64,000 nt of DNA, from contig CM022670.1 of the NCBI GenBank assembly GCA_012295275.1, positions 38,812,001 through 38,876,000 of the forward strand, given 5' to 3'. Under the pieces are notes generated by a model. It was not told the origin of the DNA and did not search any database. It saw only the letters and a list, made by a program, of their open reading frames with translations. Shown here one piece after another: positions 1 to 13,130 of the stretch. This DNA is from Chrysomallon squamiferum. Its lineage: Eukaryota > Animalia > Mollusca. Positions within the stretch are counted from its first letter, which is position 1; each line of letters begins with the position of its first letter. A program made the position numbers and the translations under genes.

Positions 1-1624
1 TTGTATCAGTTCTTTTGAGATGTTTTTAATACTGTAGACCCATTGCTTAACCCATTGTTTTCAATGCTTTTATTTATTTTCTACCTATGTACATACTTTG
101 TTATCGACAGTATTTATTTTTCAGATCCTCCTTTTTTTAAATTTATTTTTTACATTTTTTTGTAGAAAATTGTGTTCATGTTTTTTTAATCCAGTCTTCA
201 TTGTTAATGTGAGAAATACAATGCAATTAAAATGGAAGCTTTTCTCAGCTCAGTGTATTGAAGTAAAGTAACTTGTCATACATTGTTGTAGTTGAAAGGT
301 ATATATATATATATATAATTTAATTTACTGTATAATAGCAGTAAAGTGTTACATTTACTGCAAAGAACTGAAGAACACATTCATTTGATACAAATTACTG
401 AACAAAAGAATAACGTCTTAAAGAAATAAACAAAATTAAGATTTGTGAAAAATTCATCTGCTCAGATAAACGTTAATAAAATAAAAAGTAATGAAAATGA
501 CAACGAAATAAAAGATCATAGTCTTGCGTTGGGTGAGGGTTTGCTTTAGTAGACAAACAGAACAAAAGTTTACATTTTAAATATTCATACATACTTAGTC
601 ATAAATCTGTTAATATTATTGAACATCTGGTTGTGTGTATCTAACATTAAAACTGCTCACATTTCCTGTATAACGGGGGTTTTTTAATTTTCTTTGGAAT
701 GGAAATTTTAAACTGCAGTATTAATATTATCAAAGTTTACAAAAAACATTAAAAAAAAAAAAAAAAAGATAAGCAGATATTCTAATTATATTTAAGTAAC
801 AATTTGTGGAATGTTTTAAGGATCTCTTTTTGTTTATTTTTTTATTATTATTTATTTTTATATAAATATTACGTCCTTTAAAATATGTATATCTTTTAAA
901 ATTCAAATTGAAAATGGTTAACTTATATTTAACTGATGTTTGGAAATTTATAATATTTAAATTAAACAATAAATATTCATTCCAAAAAAATTAAATAAAA
1001 AAATGAAATAATCATCAATATCATCATCATTGTATGTTCTATTCTCTTTCTTTTTTCACCAAATTTGAAATGGTGCTTCCATTTAGACTATCATGACAAA
1101 ACAGATATAAAATTTCAGTATTTCCAAGCATTAATGAACAATTCTGTTTTTATTTTTTTTATCTGGTTTTTGCAATTGTATGTGAAAAAAAGGTATTTGT
1201 GTCAATGATCTTGATAGCAGATTTAAACTGTAAATGAAAAACTGATTATAATTAGTTTGAATGTTTTTAATTTTGAGATTTCAGGACTGTTATGAAAAGC
1301 ACATAGCAATACTTCTTTACAGTCAATAGGGCATGCTAAAACATTGCTTTGATATAACAATCCTTTATCACAATATACTCATTTTCAGATGATATTAATT
1401 ATGGTGTATATTTATGCATAATAAGGACAAAATAAATGCAAGTGTTAAATGTTGAATGGTAAATTTAAAAAAAAAAAAAAAAAGATCTTTGTAATATAAA
1501 TTACAAAACTGGAACAGTTCATTTTTTTTTTTTTTTTTAACTAATTTTTTTGATGTTATGTCAAATTCATCATATACTTAGTGATAATATGTTTGACATT
1601 TTATCCTGTTATTTAGCAAGTCAG

Positions 1625-1659
<35 letters not shown>

Positions 1660-4600
1660 GTATGGTAAGTGAAAGTTTTATTCAATCATAGAATTCCATT
1701 ATTTTATATTTACAAATCCTTGAGGTTAGTGTCTCTAGTGCAATTTAGTAGGGCATGATTTTTAAAAAAAAAATTTTACCAGACATATCTATTATACTTT
1801 AATATATTTATTACAGTATAGAAGAAGGTTAGTTAAATGGAAAAATAAATGTTAACAGTTAAATTAAAATCTAGTCATGTAAATTATGCTAAAATCTAGT
1901 CCCCCCCCCCACATACACACCCCGATAATGATTAAGAAAAAAAATGAGGGCTTCCAATAAATTAAGTTTCTCTGATTTCATTTAACCAGTAAAGTAACTA
2001 GTTGTTTGTGTATATTAATAATACCAGGTGTCTAAAATACACCACGTTTTGAAAAATGTGGTTAGCTACCTCTGTGTTATTTAAAACTCTGAAAGTGATA
2101 TTCTGTAAAAATTGCTTCTCCGTACAATATTTATTTTCTTGTCTCTGCTTGCAGTAAACTGTACTAATAAATATTGCTGAAACTAAACATAAATATTGTA
2201 AACAGTATTTCAAACGGAAGATAATGTCAGCATTGTCCATTCTGGAATAATTTGGAATTTTAAATAAAACAGCATTTACAGCTTAAAACAGCTTAATTAT
2301 TTTTGATAGCTTTTTTAAATTCATATATATTAGTATGCATTCCATGTTATAATGTCAACTTTATTTAAATATTTGACAACTTGTCATGGTGATGGAAATC
2401 CAGATTATTTTATTATTGTTTTTTTTTTTTTTTTCCTAACCAAATGGAGTAATTGTATGTCAGATGTTGCAGTTATTTTAACTAACCCCATGCTTGTTAC
2501 CAAGAGAGAATGTGTTGAATATCATTTTGAATGATTTAAATGTATTTTCTCAAGTGTTTCAATAAAAACCATTAAAATGTAATAAAGGTTTTCTGTTATG
2601 TATATTCTAATTATATATATATATTTAATTTTTATTTATTTTTTCATTCTTTATGCTAACTTATTATGTATTTTAACACAACTTAATTGATACATGATGA
2701 TGTAGCAAAACAAAGATAGTATTTTGATTATATTAGCATTCAGTGGTTTATCTAAAGTAAGTTGCTTGCACAATTATCTTGCATGTCTGCTGGCAAGAAA
2801 TCTTTGTTAAATGGAACAAAGAAGAAAGAAATGTTTTAACAAGACATTCATCACAGTAAGCTGCAGTTCTACATCATACAGATGATGAGAAATGAAACAT
2901 GCTGTTTTACAAGTACAAAATAATAACATATTTTTTATTCAATACCAGTAAGGAACTTTCTTATTTTTATTTATAACAGTCTTTAATATTTGTTATGTTT
3001 TCTCTCTCAATGTACTGAAACATTTTGAAACTTAATTAATAATAATGTCGTGTTTAGTCAATGTTTCATAAAAAAAAAGAGTCAATTCAAAAAAAATAAA
3101 ATAAAAATAAATAAAATAAACCATCTTCAATCTTTTGAATACAGCTATAAAGGATGATCACCTAGATTTGATTACTCAACATTGTTACTACAATTATTTC
3201 AAAATTAATATTTAAATAAATTAATACAGGGTTTCATTAGGTTAGAACATCTTTTAATCCTTTGAGCTGAAAGCTCCTGATTTTACTAAAAAGGATATAT
3301 ATTAGTTGTTTTCTATTTTTTAAAAGCAAAAGACAAACATTTTTTGTAAGCACTTTATTAATACAATAAAATAAAAAAAACAATTCATTAATTTAAATGC
3401 TTTAATAATTCAGCTACATACTTTTCATTTACTATCCACAGAACAGAGATTTTTTACTTTTAGTTTCTTAAATAGCTAGAGTAGTCACAGTAACAATAAA
3501 ATTCTGTTACAAAATGATGGGGAAGGAATGATCAGACTTTTTTTTTTTCTATTGCAAAGTGAGCAGAATCATTAAAAAGGAAAAGGAGAATGCAAACAAC
3601 CATAAATATAAATAAGTTAACCTTGCTTAATATCTCCAGAAATTTAAAAATCCATATGACCTTCAAAAGGAAAACTATAAATCAGTCACTCAAATAAACT
3701 GTTAATATCTATCACAAACATACATTTAGTAGATTAATAGGTACTGGCAACAACACTAAAAAAAAAAAAAAAAAATTACACAACAAAAAATATTGCACAA
3801 ACATCAGGTAGAGACACAGGTTTAACTCTTATTTACAATAAAATAACAGTCAACAAAAAAGAATGAGCAATAGAGAATGTATAACAATAACAGAATCAAA
3901 TAAAAACAATTCAAAATATACAGATTAAACAAGACTTGGGTTTTGAATAATAACACAATACGGAATTAGAATTAAATACGTAAATATATAATAATAATTT
4001 GAAATTAGAAGTATGTAATAATTATTTTAATCCAATTTCCATTTGTATAAACACATTTCAATCAATAGGCCTAATAGTTAATCACAATAGAAATAATTTT
4101 CATGGTACTTGTATTATGGTCAGTGTTTTATAAATATAAAAATAAAATAAACAACTTTTTTACTACTATCTATCTTTACAACTATTATCCCTTATAATAT
4201 ATTTTATTCTACAAATATACTAACACTATGCTAATACCTGTTTAAAAACAATTAATTACTAAAATGTATATATAAATGTTTTGCTGTTTTTATTCACAGG
4301 AAAATCAGTTTAGAATGTTTATTGATGATTAAAAGATCAGTATGGATTGTCAAAAAAATATTTTAGTGAAATGTCAAATCCATGTTTTTTTTTTGTATCA
4401 TGTTAAGTGAAAATGGAAGACAGTGGGTGGGTGTTAGAATTTCTTCTCTAAATCTTTTATTATGTGCTTGCTTCACCTTGAGATTCAAGTCCTATTTGCC
4501 AGATCAGAATTTGCTAATACACAACACTCAAAAATCAATGTAGTTATCTTGCGTCTCATCATTTTTCCAGCTTTTAAATGATTATTTGGCATATAATTAT

Positions 4601-6764
4601 AATCACACAACTCTGTTAAAACGTTTTTTCACCACAATTGATTGAAAAGTCACAACTTTCTTTTTAAAAATTTTAAATTTTCACTCCTAACCACATTTAA
4701 ATGAAGCATCCAAAATGATGAATATCAAATGTCGTTTTATTATGTCGCATGCCATTAACATCATAAAATTCTGTGCAGCATATGGACCATTTAGTACATT
4801 TGTGATGTCACTTGGGAATGTTAATAATACTAACTGCCAACAACTTGTGGGAGACTAGGTGTTTATCAATATGTATATTCATATATTCATACACATGTAT
4901 AATACATATATATATATATATATATTTAATTAATTTTTTTTTTTTTTTTTTTTTTTTTAAAAGCAAAATAAAATACACATAATCATTACTGTTAATGATT
5001 ATAATATGCACTACTGCAGCAAAAAACACAAGGTTTAAAATAGAAGTGGCTTTCCAGCCCTTAAAATAAAAGTATATATTAAGTTAAACATATATTGTAT
5101 ATCATTGTTAAAATGCATTATGTTAATATGTTGTTCCCAATCAACAGCCCCTTAAAAAAAAATCACAATAACAAACAAGATAAAAACTGACACCTGTACA
5201 TTAAAAAGGTTTTTAAATAAATAACACACAGAACAGATGAAAATTCACAAACAAGGAATAACAAATGGTTAAAAATAAATAATTATGGAACAAAAGTAAA
5301 AAAAAAAAAAAAGGTAAAGCCAAACTATCACAGAGAAAGATTAGGTTTTATTTTTGTAAATAGTATACATAAATATTCTTCTATAAATAAAAATTATATA
5401 CGTGTTTATGACAGTAGATTTACATCCTCAACCAGACTGAAATAGAAACAGACCAAAACAACAAGAAACAAACAAAAAACAAACAAAAACAAACAAAAAA
5501 GCAGAAAGAAAAAAACAGCACCACAGTATTTTTGTAATAATTAATTCTGTTGAAATCATAAGCTATCTAAACAGTAAATAAAAAGGCAGGACTGAATCAG
5601 ACTAAGATTACTGAGAAGTTATTTGATATCATTATTTACAGGTACATAAAAGAAGCTGTATGTGGGTCATAAATGACAAAATGAGATATATGTCTACATC
5701 GTGACAAAATTAAGATTCTGAATGGAAATGTAAGAAGTATTTGGCTATTTTATCACAACGTGACTAACAAAAAAACACATTAGCCAAGCATTTGTAAAGA
5801 ACATAATATGAAACAGTTAATGACACACATCAGTATTTTATATGAATCTGTGAATAATACGTGAACACAAAGTGACATATGATCAAATAACCACAACTAT
5901 CTTTCTGTGTTAGTAGCCATATCTTCTTAACAGTTCTCTTCAGTATCTTATACTGTTATTATTTAGTTGGAAAATAAAATTAATTTTTATTTTTATTTAT
6001 ATTCTTCAACAGCTAGGTATTGGCCATTTTATTCCCTACATAAAATGTTATAATTCAGTTATCAGTTGTAATTACTTTTAAATTAAACCTGAAATTAACA
6101 AGAATTCCATGTTACATTTTATCCAAATTAATATCCTTGCAATACAGTACACAATTAGGAACAATTCATATATGCAAAATGTTAAAAAGCATGTTGCTTT
6201 GATCCAACTTCCAAAGTTTTACAACTGCAAATACCTGTATTTAAAGAAAAAGGAAAAAGAATTAAAAAATATTACTGCTTTACTTATTTCAGATGTCAAG
6301 TTCAAATATGTGGTAGCTTATAAAATATAACTAACAATTACTGAAATGAACTGCTGATAATGTACAAATATACTGAGCAAATGTTTTTTTTACTGTTGCA
6401 AATGATGTTTTATGACACTCGTAATAAATTTGATTCTGTAAATAGTTAAAATGTGTTTTGAAAAAAACCTACAACAGAAACTAACCAGATAACAATCCTA
6501 TGTGAAGTTAAATCTGAAAGAAAGACAGTTCAAGAAACTAATCTTTCATTTATCTCCTACATACGTGTTTGCATCTTGTACTTTAAAAAACCAGATTCAT
6601 TTTATAACACATTTCATTTTCTTCATTTTCTTTTTATGTTTAATATTGTAAATGTGTATTGTAGATACCAAACAAACGTCATCATCAACAAACTTCAACA
6701 AACTTATGGAATAAATGGAAACAAATCAAACCAAACTGGAATAATGTCACAGTGGTTCTGCTGG

Positions 6765-7382
6765 TCAGAGGTACAGTTCGTGACCTTTCTGTGTTCTTTG
6801 ATCCACATCTCTTGCTCTTCTTTCTCTTCTAATTTTGCGGCCGCTGAAGCTGCTGGGGGAAGAATGAACGCTGTCCACCATGTCATCACTGACACTGCTA
6901 CCCAGGTGATTGATGAGGATGCCAGCAGATATTCCTGAGTCGGATTTGGAGTTCAGCATGATTTCTCTGTGTCTGTCGCCATGGGAAAAAACAGTGGACA
7001 CGTGGAGAAGGTCAGCCTGACTAGAAAGATCGTGTTCAGCAATTTCGATCGTCTTCACCAAATTCCTGAGACTGGTCTTAAACAAAACTATGTTCTGCAA
7101 CTGGCGACAGCTTTTCTGCAAGGAAGCCACTTGCTGGTGCTTCTGGCGCAGCTGCTCTTGAATTATATCCACGGTTTTTTCAACAGTAGCAAGCTTTTCT
7201 GTCAAACGTTTCACCTCCTGATCTTTGGTTGCCATAACCTCATTCAGTCTGGCTTTCAGAAAATCATCTTTGGCTAACAAAGCTTCGTGCTGATCTTTAA
7301 CCGTGTGTTCCAGTTCTGCAACACGCTTATGCAGAGCCATAAGATGCTTATTGGCTTCATCTATGCTTGTCCTAGGTATCAT
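6765..7382 (-). CDS. VMAC: Vimentin-type intermediate filament-associated coiled-coil protein-like (205 aa, single coding exon)
   Basis: Intact ORF with heptad pattern. IDEANKHLMALHKRVAELEHTV...AKDQEVKRLTEKL resembles recalled vertebrate VMAC (IREANAHLAAVHRRAAELE...AKDREIATLQEQL). A minus-strand acceptor (tttcag) at 7412-7417, just upstream of the ATG, implies a non-coding 5' exon further right. Confidence 0.75.
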   Translation of the reverse strand: MIPRTSIDEANKHLMALHKRVAELEHTVKDQHEALLAKDDFLKARLNEVMATKDQEVKRLTEKLATVEKTVDIIQEQLRQKHQQVASLQKSCRQLQNIVLFKTSLRNLVKTIEIAEHDLSSQADLLHVSTVFSHGDRHREIMLNSKSDSGISAGILINHLGSSVSDDMVDSVHSSPSSFSGRKIRRERRARDVDQRTQKGHELYL

Positions 7383-9894
7383 TTTTCAGCGCTAATGTTG
7401 AATTTGCATTTCTGAAAGGATATTAATTTTTTTTTTTTTTAGTTATGACACTGTTTTTATATTGTGATTATAAGATATAAGAATGCAATACAGAGCACAA
7501 TAAACATGGTACAGAAACGAATTAAAATATCTATTCAGAAATGCCGAAAAAAAAAAAACTATAGTCAGCTCTGATGATTAATAACTAATATTGTATATAT
7601 TATAAAGATTTGAAAAATACAACATAAAACAAATCTAGTGTTTTATTATAATCTTGGCATAAAATATTTAGTGATTCATAAATACAGGGCTTTCTATATT
7701 TCATCAGTTCAAATTCCAGATGTTAATATATTAAGCCTTTAGACCATTATTAAATTTATTTATTTACTTTATTTATTATTATTTCTTTTTCCCTTATTTT
7801 TTCTCCTTTTTTTTGTGATTTCTTTACTTATAATGGTATGTTGATTTATGATTATAATTTTGTATTTATTGTCTTTACAGAAGTCAGATAGATTTAATTT
7901 GAATTCCAATTTTTAAGGAATCAGTTTCAATTCTAATGATCACCAGTTTAATAGGTCCAGTGATGCACTAACATTATGTATCAAGTCATCTGTACACCAA
8001 ATTGTAAATGTTTAGTTAAAAAAAGGATTATTTGGATTAAAAGATAATAAATTTCATTCTTTTGCTTAAGATAATTGTTCATAAATAAATGTGTGAAATC
8101 TGTAGTGAACTGTATTGTTAATTTTATTTTTATAAGCAATTATAATGGAAATATGTATGCAATTGTGTGTATAAATTGCAAAGAAAATTTAAAATATTAA
8201 TAATAATAATGCTATCTTATTAAGACAAAACTATGTAACAGTTAATACACAATATTGTAGTGATAGCGGATCATCTCCATTTAATAGTTATTTAAATGAA
8301 TAATTAACTTTCATGATACTAAAGTCTATTTAATATTAATACACTAAACAAGTAACGAGGTAGTGACAACATAGGCCCCACAAATTTTGGACAAACACTG
8401 TTGTACATAGCAACCAAAATATTTTATTTATCAATATTTAACATATTCAATGATATTGTACACATTACACTCAATTAAAAATAACAAAAAAATAAAATAA
8501 AACACCAGAAAAAACATAACATTTATACTTCTGTATCTCTTGATAACAATTAATCAAAACACAGATAAATAATAATCTATATTATAATGTAATGTAAAAT
8601 TTAAAATAATAACAAATATGAGACAAACAGTGTAGCTGTTTTTGGAAAAACAGCTCTTATCTGTCTAAAACATGTGTCACTACAGACTTACAGCTCTTAA
8701 CTTAAGATATGTACTGGAATAATGATATAGTCTAAAACATATGTTTCTTTATGTATGAAGTGGTACATGAAGTTCAAATACGTATCTAAGTTGTCCTGTT
8801 ATCCTAAATTATCTTCGTTACAACACAACAGTTAAGATTTCGATATGTTATGTATGACACTATATTTCATGTATGTACATTTTTATGGCAAATTCCAGTT
8901 GTAGTTATAACGTTATCAGTCTATCACTGCGACATTGTCGGCTACAGAGCTAATATTTAGTAATGTGCAATTCCTTTATGAAATAAATAATTGGTATTAA
9001 TGTATGATATTAATTTAAATGATATCATTTCATATATTTTTCACAAATACATACATGTACTACTGTTTTATATATAATCATTTAAAATAAATAAATTAAA
9101 TTATTAAATGAACATTTTGATCTTTCGGAACGCTGTATTCACAAATGATAAAGACATATTTCCTTTTCATTTTTTTTTTTTTTTTTTTTTAATTAATTTT
9201 GCATTATGATTTTCTAGTTACAGTTTTTGGAAACCGAGGACAGCTAATTAGTTTTCAATGCATACCTCAGTGTTTTGTTAAAAGTTTAATTTCACACACC
9301 TTTTTGAGTATTTCTGTTTATTGCTACAGATTTCTAAATTCTTGTTCCGCTTTATCAAAGAAGGATAACCAGTCATGAAATTTCTGATATAATTATCTTA
9401 TTTTATTATTAAAACTCAAGAAGAAAAAAGGAAAGAAAGGTTTTAAAATAATAATAATAATAAAAGGAAAGAAAGGAAAAGATAAAGAAGAAAAAAAAAA
9501 GAAAATTGAGGTGGTAAACATGTGTTGAGAAATTGATATTGCAAAAATTTATTATTTAATATTTCCCGATATTAACGTTAGTTATTTTATTGAGATTCGA
9601 AGGTAATGAATCCTGAGATACGTGAGCTTTTCTATTCAAACGAATAAAGAAATAGATTATCGCAATTCCACCAAAAATTATAAATGTATTCAGATGATTT
9701 CCGTTTATTATTTTAATTCCATACATTTAATATTTATTTTAAAAGACTATAATTATTTTATTTGCGGATTCTGGAAGTAAAGAGCTTATAAATATAATGT
9801 GATTAAATATTTTCAAAAAGACGACGGAAATGGTGATAACAATAATGTTTCTTGAAACAATTATTTTTATTTTTATTTAATACTTATCCGTATT

Positions 9895-10045
9895 TCTGCG
9901 CGAAAGTGTCGAAATCATTATTCCGGTTTGATATTTTAGCAAACCAATTGCAAAATGTATTACATTCTACTTTATGCAGAACAAACCAATGAGCAGCGTT
10001 GTATTAAACATCAGAGAACACCTATATTGGACGTTGGCGCTAAAA
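9895..10045. promoter_or_regulatory. ASF1 promoter, possibly bidirectional with VMAC-like; E2F and NF-Y (CCAAT) sites
   Basis: GCGCGAAA (= TTTCGCGC, E2F consensus) at 9898-9905; CCAAT at 9944 and 9986; ATTGG at 10026; TTGGCGC at about 10034. CpG-enriched relative to the flanks; 50-200 bp upstream of the ASF1 ATG. Confidence 0.6.
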
Positions 10046-10096
10046 TAAAGTAGTGTTTCATTGTTTCACTAAAACAGTTATTAATTTTTTTTTAGA

Positions 10097-10341
10097 ATGT
10101 CAAGAGTAAATATACTGAATGTTAGAGTCTTAGACAATCCTTCGCCATTTCTTAATCCTTTTCAATTTGAAATTACTTTTGAGTGTTTGGATGATCTTCC
10201 CGAAGGCGAGTATTGATTTGTGTTCAATACAATTTCTGATGCTGTAATAACTTGTGTTTCCGTATTATACCTATTCTGAGTATTCATAAACATTTGATGT
10301 AAATGCAGATCATAGCTTAAGTAAACAAATATAGATATCCG

Positions 10342-10385
<44 letters not shown>

Positions 10386-13130
10386 TTATAATATATGTAT
10401 GTATGTATCTACCTATGATTCTATATCGATCTTAGTATCTATCTATCTATCTAATCTAATCTATCTTAAATATCTATCTGTAGATAGATAGATATAGATG
10501 TGAGTTTACTAAATAATTGTAATAAATGATAAATTATGTTTAATGGTTTCTAAATGATTATAATACTTAAGATACACGATATAATCAGTTATCGGTCAAA
10601 ACGTCAGTAATGGTATTGAGTAACAATACTGATGTGATCAGACAGTAGATATTTGGTTACATTACAGGTAGCTCATACTCCTGATGCAAACTAATTTCCT
10701 TTCAAGCATTAATTAATAAAATTTGATAGTAATAATTTAAAATAAAATAAATCATAAAGCAAAAAAACAAAAATAAAAAACATGAGATAATATTTATTTT
10801 TAAGTTTTTAAAAATCTTACATCAATATATTAATATGATAAATATTAATATGCATACATTGCATAAACATAGATGTTTATCATTATTCTCTGGGTATTAT
10901 TATTTAATAACAGGCCAAATAGATTTCATTTCTAGAAATAAAAATAAATGTATGACAATACTGTATATTTATTAAATAATTTATGAAGAAAAATTTGGAC
11001 AAATATTTTAGAATTCTTTTTATCCCTCCCCCATTACAAAATTAATTAATTTATTTTTACTTGAAACCTGACATTTTGGATCAACTTTATCCCCAAAAAT
11101 ATTGACCTGGTCAGACTTCAAAATGTCCTATTTCATTATAAAAATCACTAAACAAATAACAGAATGACATCAAGATAATAAAAATACTTATAAATAATTA
11201 AATTATGGACATTTTAATTATGTTGAATATCACCTCTTTTTTTTTCTCTGGTGTTTTAGCCTTTAACTCACCTAATTTCTCTGAGCTAGCAATGATTATA
11301 ATAGAACTGCAGAATAAATCCTTTATTTCCTTTGATTTTTCAAAATAATCAAATGAAATTTTCAGGTTAATTAAACTGGGGTATCAGCTATACAGAGACC
11401 TGTCAGTGGTTTAGAAAAATCAATAATTATATAAAAGAAGCAACAAAAAAAAATGAGTTTTGTAAATATGGACATCACCTGAAGATATTTAGGTTTTATC
11501 TGAAATTTTATTTGGGTTTTATTTTGTAAGATCTATAAGATGGAAATATAATCAGTTTGGGATGAAGAATTATTGACACAGAATTTCATTCACCATGACA
11601 CTAATCAGAAAATTCAGTGACTCGGCTCACAAGTTCAAAACCCATCTTTACAATTATAGAATTGAATGAAACTTCATCAGTTTCTAGTTGAAATGTTATT
11701 GTAAAAAAATGTATTTAATTTTGGATGAAAACTATAGGTTAATTGATATGTTTTGATAGGTTAAATGTTCAAAATTTTATAATTGAACATACCATTTGGA
11801 AAATTGATGGATTTGAAAAATTCCATTATGAAGAGTGGCACATCCCTCACATCTTTTCAAGAAATCTCTGCTAAATAAGTACTGAGCCAACTAAAAACAG
11901 TCATTTCAGGGATTATCTTTCGCACACTCAGCATGCACTACAGGAAAATAATTACATCATTGAAATCCTGGATTATACATTTAAATTATTAGTTCTTAAA
12001 ATTGTTTATCTGTATTTATTTCCAGATCTGGAATGGAAGATAATATATGTGGGTTCAGCAGAGAGCATGCAGCATGACCAGCTCTTGGATTCTGTACTTG
12101 TAGGTCCTGTTCCTGCAGGAAGTCACATGTTCGTATTTCAGGTAAATTTCTTTTCTAATACACAGAGTCATCTCTTGAAGTCCGAAATGTAATTTATCAT
12201 CATGAAAAATAAAAGCCACATATATTTAGATATACATTTCAAACTTATTATATACAATTTTTTGGTGTTTCAGAATTTTATAGCATTATTATTGATTCAA
12301 AAAAATTAAAAAATTAAAATTCAGTGTGCTTTTAAGAGTTTAATGTATTGGTTTTATTTTATAATTTTTTGTTTTTAGGCTTCACCACCAGATATTTCAA
12401 AAATACCACTTGCCGATGTCGTAGGTGTCACTGTTGTCCTGTTGACTTGCTCCTATTTAAATCAGGAATTTATTCGTGTCGGTTACTATGTGAGCAACAC
12501 TTATGACGACCTGGAACTGCAGGAGAATCCACCAAATACTCCAATATTTGAAAAGGTATTTTTATTATTTATTATTAGTTTTTATTTTATTTTACTTACT
12601 GCAACTATTATTATTAGTTTTTTTTATTATTATTATTATTTATTATTAGTTTTTTAGCCATGTTCAGTTCAAATTTTTAAATATTTGGCAGGATGATATG
12701 TTAACAATAAGGATAATCTTTCTGATATTATTTTAAAACCCAGCTTCCTTTCCAACATTATTACTCTTCATGTTGTTTTAATTTTATTTATTATTTATTT
12801 TTACAGCTGCAAAGAAACATTTTAGCTGATGATGTCCGAGTAACCAAATTCAGGATAGACTGGAATGACACAAAGATTGAGAACGTTAATAATTCTGAGG
12901 GCATCAAAGAAAACGGAAAGACTGAGGACGTAGAAAATGGTGAAAACGTACCACCTCTTGAGAACACCGAGTCCACTTCCAATCAGCTGGCAGTTGTTAA
13001 TCATGTATCTGCTTTTAAAGACTGTGAAAGCAACAGCATCGGCTCAGCCATGGTCACAGATGTACCCTTGAAGAGTGAGAACAAAACGGACACAAAAACA
13101 GACGTTAAAGAGGAAGTAATGGAAACATAA
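10097..13130 (+). CDS. ASF1: Histone H3-H4 chaperone ASF1 (241 aa)
   Basis: Exons 10097-10205, 12026-12141, 12379-12555, 12807-13130 splice in frame: [50 protein letters not shown]...VLVGPVPAG...[12 protein letters not shown]...EFIRVGYYV...[19 protein letters not shown], then an acidic tail. Intron 1 is GC-AG, the others GT-AG. Confidence 0.97.

Noticed and set aside
1-6700. Short ORFs at 730, 1998, 2352, 4808 and 6109
   Set aside because: Low-complexity AT-rich translations; the region looks like two convergent 3' UTRs or intergenic DNA.
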